Virus record (IMG/VR): IMGVR_UViG_3300045988_066950
Source of the DNA: a virus
Length of the DNA stretch: 60,220 nt
Strand: one strand, 5' to 3'
The notes beneath the pieces were generated by a model. It did not search any database. It was not told the origin of the DNA and saw only the letters and a list, made by a program, of their open reading frames with translations. Positions 54,973-60,220 of the stretch are shown here, piece after piece. Both the position numbers and the translations under genes were made by a program. Within the stretch, counting starts at the first letter, position 1. Each line of letters opens with the position of its first letter.

Positions 54973-55230
54973 TCAACCCTCCTTTACCTGCGCAGCGGCC
55001 ATCTTGGCCATCTCCGCATCAAACTCTTGTGTAGCTACTGCCAGCTCCGTTTCCAGCGCGTTGATCTTGTCGCGCCATTCCTCGCGCTGCAGGCGGATAG
55101 GCTCGTACTCCTCGGCGCTCATAACGCCGTCGGCGTGTTTCAGCGCCTTATAGTCGGTATCGGTCAGCAGGCTTTTAAGGGCGGTGATTTCAGCATTGAT
55201 GGTGTTGATGCGTTCAAGAGATTTTTCCAT
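54973..55230 (-). CDS. small coiled-coil protein (XkdX-position)
   Basis: 85 aa from MEKSLERINT. Its start lies inside the 3' end of the RT ORF. Confidence 0.4.
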   Translation of the reverse strand: MEKSLERINTINAEITALKSLLTDTDYKALKHADGVMSAEEYEPIRLQREEWRDKINALETELAVATQEFDAEMAKMAAAQVKEG

Positions 55231-56432
55231 TGAATGTGCCTCGCTTTCGATTTTCGTTTTGATTTTATCTTCCACGGCATGATGCCGTAGAGCCTGTAGA
55301 ACAGCAAATCCGTACAGTGGACAGATCGGCGGGCCTGCTTTTTGATAAGTGATCCGCGCCACGACATATAGGACGTGAGAATCTGTTCCATCGTCATAAG
55401 CCCCGCCTGCAGAAAGTTGAAAAACTTCTTGATTTTGCGGCGCTCCCGGATGACGCTTTCGCGGCAAGGCTGCTGTAAAACCTTGCCGTTGGGTAACAGG
55501 GTGAATTTGGTTTTTAGGTAGGTAAAACCTCGGCGTAGCTTGACGATTTGCGTCTTTTTGGGATTCGGGATAATGCCCTTTTCAGCGAACAGCCCAAACA
55601 GCAGGCGGCGAAACTCTATCAGCAGTTCTTTCGATTTGTTGATGATGTAGGAATCGTCCATATAGCGGGCGAACCACCGCTGCCGCCATTGATCTTTGAT
55701 GGTGTGGTCGATGCTGTTTGGGTAGGCGATGGCAAAAATCTGGCTGTCCTCCGGGCCGATATACAGACCGTTTTCTTTTGTTGGCTGGCCGTATTTGATG
55801 CGTTCAAGATTCGGCGCGTCAACAAAATTTTTCGCCAGAGCATTGAGCCGCTGATCGAGGATATGGCGGTCGATCACATTGCGCTTGAGATTATCCAGAT
55901 TGATGTTGTCGAAAAAGGCGCGGTAGTCGATGAGCAGGATGTACCCGTCATTGCCGCCTGTTTCGCGGTAGAACTCATGTAGATGCACAGCGCACCGTTT
56001 GACCGCAAAGCTGATGCCCTTGCCCTCAAGGCTTGCGCCGTTGTCATAGATCAGATTGCTGGACAGAATCGGCACCAGAGCATTTGTGCAGGCAGACCGC
56101 CGCACAACGCGCTCAGAGTAGTGCAGACTGTGGATAGCCCGCTTTTTGCCGCGCTCCACAATCCCAAAATGATAAAACCCTCTGCGGGTGTCGCCACCGC
56201 GCATGAGGGTTTTGTGGATTTTGATTGAATTTTTGAAATAACGGGCATTGTATCGGGCAACGCTGGCTTTCCACATAACGCTTTTGCGGGCGTTATAGTT
56301 GGCATCGACCAGCGAGGATACATCTGCCACCCGGTCAAAATTATCGTACTGTGCTATTCGTGCGCGGTGCTTGGCCTGCCGTGCCGCCTTACGGCGCTGA
56401 TAGCGGGCCTCGTGCCGCTCTTGTGATGTCAT
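55164..56432 (-). CDS. DGR reverse transcriptase
   Basis: RYMDDSYII (YxDD box) and LYIGPEDSQIFAIAY ([LI]GxxxSQ signature of DGR RTs). The start at MTSQERHEA is uncertain; the ORF is open to 56570. Confidence 0.9.
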   Translation of the reverse strand: MTSQERHEARYQRRKAARQAKHRARIAQYDNFDRVADVSSLVDANYNARKSVMWKASVARYNARYFKNSIKIHKTLMRGGDTRRGFYHFGIVERGKKRAIHSLHYSERVVRRSACTNALVPILSSNLIYDNGASLEGKGISFAVKRCAVHLHEFYRETGGNDGYILLIDYRAFFDNINLDNLKRNVIDRHILDQRLNALAKNFVDAPNLERIKYGQPTKENGLYIGPEDSQIFAIAYPNSIDHTIKDQWRQRWFARYMDDSYIINKSKELLIEFRRLLFGLFAEKGIIPNPKKTQIVKLRRGFTYLKTKFTLLPNGKVLQQPCRESVIRERRKIKKFFNFLQAGLMTMEQILTSYMSWRGSLIKKQARRSVHCTDLLFYRLYGIMPWKIKSKRKSKARHIQWKNLLNASTPSMLKSPPLKAC

Positions 56433-56723
56433 CTCGGAATGTACCTCGCAAAGTGTTATTGTAGGGGCGCTGTTGTGTACTTCTTTGCGATAACAGCCAT
56501 GAAACCCGGTACTCGGCCATCTGCCGTGTGGCGCACGGTAGTTTAGCCTGTTGTCGCCGTTGCGGGCCATGCAAGAAGCGTCCGGCTGATCGCGTCAAGA
56601 TACCTATTTACCCGCTACTGCGGGAGGGTCGATAACTCCTTCCAATGATGATAAGGCTCGGATTTCGGTCTGCCTGTTGATTAGCCCAGCAAACCTACTT
56701 TAATACTGGCCGAGGATTCTCGT

Positions 56724-56853
56724 TGGAATCAGACGGGCGCGGACAGCCACGTGTTGGAGGCATTGTTGTTGTTCGCATTGCCGTTGTTGTTCACATTGCA
56801 GAAGTTGGAGGAGTTGCCGGAGTTAGGGGTAAGCTCCCACCAGTTGTTACGGC
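56724..56853 (-). repeat. DGR template repeat (TR)
   Basis: 130 bp. The coding-sense strand is rich in AAC (plus strand gttgttgtt). It is the only copy carrying T/A at every variable position. Confidence 0.9.
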
Positions 56854-56883
56854 TCTTTTATACAGCTATCGACCCGATGGCGG

Positions 56884-57519
56884 TCAACGGGGATAATGAT
56901 GATAGTTTATCCCTGCTGCCTGTGCGGCCATCACGCTTGAATCATTTACAGCGGGCGCCGTAGGCGGCGCATTGGGTGTGTAGGTGGCCTGCGGTGATGT
57001 CTGATACCGGGCATCTCCATTCGGTAGGGATGCTTTCGGCTTGAATTTTGCAGTGTCCGGGAATTTCGTATTATGCCGCCAGTCTTTCAACAGCGTTTCC
57101 TCACGCTCTAACAGGGTGCCAATGTAAACCAACTGCGCGGGCAGTTCCTTTTGCGGCGCAATGCCCATGTCAAGCCCGGTGTTCAGCCGGGAAAAATGAA
57201 ACTCATCCATGATGAATTGTAAGCGATCAAACAATGCCTCACAGTCGGCCACGGCCTGCGCCTGCAATTCCTTGCGGCGGTGCAAAAGCTCATGGTCGAG
57301 TTTACCGCCGCTGTACGGATAGATGCCGTTCGCGGCGATGATGTGTTCCATCATCGTATTCAGCAGATTCACGGTAGGATAAGCGAGAATGGGTCGCCAT
57401 TTCTTGGGAATATACTTTTCCTGCATAACAAAGCCGGACAGGGCGCAGCGCAGTTCCACGGCGTTCTTGTAGAACTCCATTTCAGAAATGCTACGAAATC
57501 GGGATAATACGTTACTCAT
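56884..57519 (-). CDS. avd: accessory variability determinant (Avd)-like protein
   Basis: Lies between the target gene and TR. Helical, with an IPKKWRPILAYPTVNLLNTMMEHIIAAN pattern. Longer (211 aa) than typical Avd. Confidence 0.6.
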   Translation of the reverse strand: MSNVLSRFRSISEMEFYKNAVELRCALSGFVMQEKYIPKKWRPILAYPTVNLLNTMMEHIIAANGIYPYSGGKLDHELLHRRKELQAQAVADCEALFDRLQFIMDEFHFSRLNTGLDMGIAPQKELPAQLVYIGTLLEREETLLKDWRHNTKFPDTAKFKPKASLPNGDARYQTSPQATYTPNAPPTAPAVNDSSVMAAQAAGINYHHYPR

Positions 57520-57532
57520 GGTTCACCTGATG

Positions 57533-57553
57533 CCGCGCCCACAAGGGGCGCGG
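57533..57553 (-). promoter_or_regulatory. GC hairpin downstream of VR1 (CCGCGCCC / GGGCGCGG, 5-nt loop)
   Basis: Lies 28 nt beyond VR1 and is identical to 38399-38419. Absent next to TR. Confidence 0.7.
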
Positions 57554-57570
57554 GGATATTAGTATGAGAT

Positions 57571-58674
57571 TTACGAGATTCGGAAGCAGACGGGCGCGGA
57601 CAGCCACGTGCCGGAGGCATTGGCGTAGTGCGCAAGGCCGTTGAGGCTCACATAGCAGAAGAAGGAGGAGTTGCCGGAGGAAGGGGTAAGCTCCCACCAG
57701 TTGGTACGGCCACCACCATCACCGAGGCCCTTGATACGGTTCATGTTGTGGGCAAAGATGGGGTACTGGACAAACCCGCCGTTGGGGCATCCGTTGCCGC
57801 CCCAAACAGGAGCGCCGCAGACCTCCATCTCGGTAGGCACCCACAGATTGCCGAGGTTCGTCCACGACCAGCTATTGTCGCTGTTCAGCAGACCGCTGGC
57901 CGAGTAGCGCTCACCCAGCAAGGCGCGTTTGTTGGCAATAACAGCCTTGAGTTCGGCGGGCAGGAAGTAGTATACGCCGCCCTGACTGTAATCCACCTGT
58001 TTAACGGCGGGGTCTTTGCCCGTGCCGTTGGGCACCTGCATCTTGAGGGAGTTCAGGAACGCATACAGATGAGAACACAGCCACGGGTGTTTGTCGCCCT
58101 TGCCGGTCACGGTGATGTTGTTCGTGCCAGCGGCGGGGGCTTCATCGAATGTGACGGTAAAGGTGGATGCGTCATAGGTATAGCCGGTGACCTGATTGCT
58201 GCCCACAATGATGTTGTCGATGCTGTCCATCTGTTTCGTCAGCACAAACTCGGTCTTGCTGCCATCGCCAGACAGCTTTTCCACGGGAATCAGGCCGTTG
58301 TTGAAGTTGGCGAGATTGTACTGGATATAGGTGGGCCACAGGTCTTTGGAAATAAAGTCGATGTGATGGCCGACCTGCTGATCGCCGTACTTGTAGTAGG
58401 TGTCGATGCCCGCCACGACAGCCACGATGCGGGTCTTGGCGCTGTTCGAGCAGTTGAACGGGATGTAGTCGCCCACATGGATGCCGTAGAAGTTCCCGGC
58501 CTTGATGCGGGCCTGAATCCACTTCCACACACTGGTGTAGCCCTTGATTTCCTCCGCGAACTTCAGGCTCAAATCCATGCCGGGGTAGCACTGGTCGGTG
58601 TTCATGCCGAGGAAAAAGCCCTGATCGCCGGTAGCAGGATCAAGGATGTTGTCGATAAAAACTTTGTTTGCCAT
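57571..58674 (-). CDS. DGR target protein 1 (tail-fibre-cluster receptor-binding candidate)
   Basis: 367 aa. VR1 encodes the C-terminus (...NWWELTPSSGNSSFFCYVSLNGLAHYANASGTWLSAPVCFRIS). Confidence 0.85.
   Translation of the reverse strand: MANKVFIDNILDPATGDQGFFLGMNTDQCYPGMDLSLKFAEEIKGYTSVWKWIQARIKAGNFYGIHVGDYIPFNCSNSAKTRIVAVVAGIDTYYKYGDQQVGHHIDFISKDLWPTYIQYNLANFNNGLIPVEKLSGDGSKTEFVLTKQMDSIDNIIVGSNQVTGYTYDASTFTVTFDEAPAAGTNNITVTGKGDKHPWLCSHLYAFLNSLKMQVPNGTGKDPAVKQVDYSQGGVYYFLPAELKAVIANKRALLGERYSASGLLNSDNSWSWTNLGNLWVPTEMEVCGAPVWGGNGCPNGGFVQYPIFAHNMNRIKGLGDGGGRTNWWELTPSSGNSSFFCYVSLNGLAHYANASGTWLSAPVCFRIS
57581..57710 (-). repeat. DGR variable repeat VR1
   Basis: Same length as TR. By manual alignment about 19 mismatches, all at TR T (A on the coding strand). 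Confidence 0.9.
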
Positions 58675-58691
58675 AGGTGTTGCACCTCCGC

Positions 58692-59063
58692 TTAGTAGTT
58701 GAATTTCACAGTCGTTTTATCGAATGTGAACGACTTTGCCATCTGGGCGGTTTTGGTCTTGCCATCCTGCAGGTCGGCTTTGGTTGCCGGGTCAATCCCG
58801 GAATCGGACAGGGATCCGTCAGCCGTCAGCGCGGCGAGGTTTCCCGTCTTGCTGGGTTTGGCCTTAACGACTACATTGGCCCCGGCCTTGCCGCTGTCCG
58901 CGAGGTTGCCGTTGGCATCCAGAGCCGCAAGGTTGCCCGCTTTGCTGGGCTTTTTCTTGTCGGCCTTGCCGCTCAGGTCGATGCTCCCGGCCAGCTTTTT
59001 TGCATAGCGTTTAGCGTCCTCACTGAAAATGAGGGCGATGCGCACTACATCAGAAAGTTGCAT
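58692..59063 (-). CDS. fibre-associated protein with tandem KPSK-GNLAAL-x-A-x-G-x-L-x-DSG repeats
   Basis: Two clear copies of the motif typical of phage tail/head-fibre repeat proteins. Confidence 0.5.
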   Translation of the reverse strand: MQLSDVVRIALIFSEDAKRYAKKLAGSIDLSGKADKKKPSKAGNLAALDANGNLADSGKAGANVVVKAKPSKTGNLAALTADGSLSDSGIDPATKADLQDGKTKTAQMAKSFTFDKTTVKFNY

Positions 59064-59075
59064 GATGCCGCCTCC

Positions 59076-59312
59076 TTACTGGCCGATGAACTGACCCGTT
59101 TCACCGGCAATGTAGATTTTGTGCTTGGCATCCTCAGCCAGCACATAAATCAGGCTGAACGGAGCAAAAACCTCGCTCTCGCTCATGCCGATAATGCCCT
59201 CGCCGGTGGTGGGCAGATTTTCGGGTTCCGTGTCGGCAATAATCATCGCCTCGACCAACTGCTTGCCGGTCTTAGGATCAGTGCCTACGGGTTTGGTGTT
59301 GAAGCAACGCAT
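59076..59312 (-). CDS. hypothetical protein (tail-fibre cluster)
   Basis: 78-aa ORF with a GGAGG RBS. Confidence 0.4.
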   Translation of the reverse strand: MRCFNTKPVGTDPKTGKQLVEAMIIADTEPENLPTTGEGIIGMSESEVFAPFSLIYVLAEDAKHKIYIAGETGQFIGQ

Positions 59313-59483
59313 AAAATTGTCCTCCTATGATTTATTCCGACTTTGCAATGTTGAATTGCGCAGTGCCGTTGGAAAACTGCATCTCCACGCCGCTGACGTA
59401 AGCGGGGGAGCTGTACATCGGGCACCTGCCCGGTCTTGCTGTCCAGCCCCGTCACGCCAGCAACACCTCACCGTTTGAGAGTC

Positions 59484-59744
59484 TCATTGATCTTCCTCCT
59501 CGTACAGCGGATTTTGAATCTGCTCATTCGTTGCGTTGCCGTCCTGCACCGTTTCAGCGTCCAGCGCATCATAATACGCCTGCGCCAGCGCTTCCACCTC
59601 TGCAATGTCCGCCTCATCCAGCAGGCCGTTGTCGTAGTGCGTGTACGTCTTGTCCAACCAAAACGCAACGTCCCGCCCAGCGCCGATCTCTCGCTTGATG
59701 CTGCGCAGCGTTAAATCGTGCCGCGCTTTACTCTTGATAGCCAT
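59484..59744 (-). CDS. hypothetical acidic protein (tail-fibre cluster)
   Basis: 86-aa ORF directly after the tail-fibre stop. Confidence 0.4.
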   Translation of the reverse strand: MAIKSKARHDLTLRSIKREIGAGRDVAFWLDKTYTHYDNGLLDEADIAEVEALAQAYYDALDAETVQDGNATNEQIQNPLYEEEDQ

Positions 59745-59758
59745 GGTGATTTCTCCTT

Positions 59759-60220
59759 TCAGTTGATAGAAGCAACCGCATCTTCCAAATCGGCAATCCT
59801 CTTAATGGGGTCTGCTCGTCCCGTCACATTCGCGCTGTCGGCGTCTGTCAGCACGGTATTAACTCCTGCAAGTGCGGACAACGGCTGTGCGCCTGTCGCG
59901 GTGAAGGGCACAGGCTCTGCCAGCTTGTAAGCAATTTGTACTGGCGTGCCAGCGTCGTTCTGGGCGGCAAGGTAGGCTTTCAACGAAACAACTTCATGTC
60001 CCGCTGATATATCGGGTAGCGAGCTAGTCAGCATACTGAACATAAAATAGCGCGACGATCCGACTGTCGCAAAGCCAATTCCAGCATTCCGCCCACCCCA
60101 CACATCTTGGTTCGGAGTCTCTAAATGGCTACAAATGCCTTTTGAGTTTATAGCATCATAATCATTGATGTCGTATGTATAAAATCCTGTAATAGCAGGG
60201 TTGTGAGCGTTGATTCCCCA
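59759..60220 (-). CDS. tail fibre protein, 3' part (continuation of 110..2020)
   Basis: The frame is open to the window edge. The codon phase at 60220 matches the phase at 110. Confidence 0.8.
   Translation of the reverse strand, partial: WGINAHNPAITGFYTYDINDYDAINSKGICSHLETPNQDVWGGRNAGIGFATVGSSRYFMFSMLTSSLPDISAGHEVVSLKAYLAAQNDAGTPVQIAYKLAEPVPFTATGAQPLSALAGVNTVLTDADSANVTGRADPIKRIADLEDAVASIN

Larger units (their letters stand above)
55164..58674 (-). mobile_element. diversity-generating retroelement cassette (target-avd-TR-RT)
   Basis: Combination of the five component features above (RT, TR, avd, VR1 hairpin/VR1, target gene). Confidence 0.9.

Noticed and set aside
56751-56963. Plus-strand ORF 56751..56963 across the TR.
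   Set aside because: It is the antisense of the template repeat and the Avd 3' end. It has no RBS, and the TR is expected to be non-coding.
59313-59483. Possible small gene or frameshifted pseudogene in the 170-bp gap (28-aa ORF MYSSPAYVSGVEMQFSNGTAQFNIAKSE and an overlapping alternative frame).
   Set aside because: It is too short, has no clear RBS, and the two frames cannot be joined convincingly. Left unannotated.

Overview
The window is a complete, circularly closed genome of about 60.1 kb from a GC-rich temperate siphovirus-like phage. The last 55 nt repeat positions 55-109, and a tail-fibre ORF reads in frame across the 60220->110 junction. Gene content suggests a Clostridia-type host, but that is inference only.

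Nearly all genes are on the minus strand:
- Tail, head and packaging genes: 110-18918.
- A promoter-driven structured RNA plus tRNA-Met: 20.6-21.4 kb.
- A replication, nucleotide-metabolism and methylation module: 21.4-43.5 kb. It holds two SNF2 helicases, VRR-NUC, a VirE-type primase, ThyX, MazG, two methyltransferases, NADAR, PolA, a DUF2815 SSB and a DUF2800 nuclease.
- A CI/Cro switch, serine integrase and accessory cassettes: 43.5-52.3 kb.
- Lysis genes: 52.7-55.2 kb.

The main result is a complete diversity-generating retroelement (DGR) at 55.2-58.7 kb, ordered target-avd-TR-RT. It has a second, remote variable repeat in a non-structural gene of the early operon at 38.4-39.0 kb.

Other observations:
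- A circularly permuted, multi-TRD C5 cytosine methyltransferase.
- Two paralogous GTGTCAG iteron/AT-rich modules about 29 kb apart.
- A duplicated inverted-repeat promoter module next to an RHH gene.
- An acr-aca-like operon.
- Two ADP-ribose-removal domains (NADAR and a TARG1-like macrodomain).

No CRISPR array, rRNA or transposase was seen, and attP was not located. All calls come from reading the sequence and ORF translations by eye. No searches were run.
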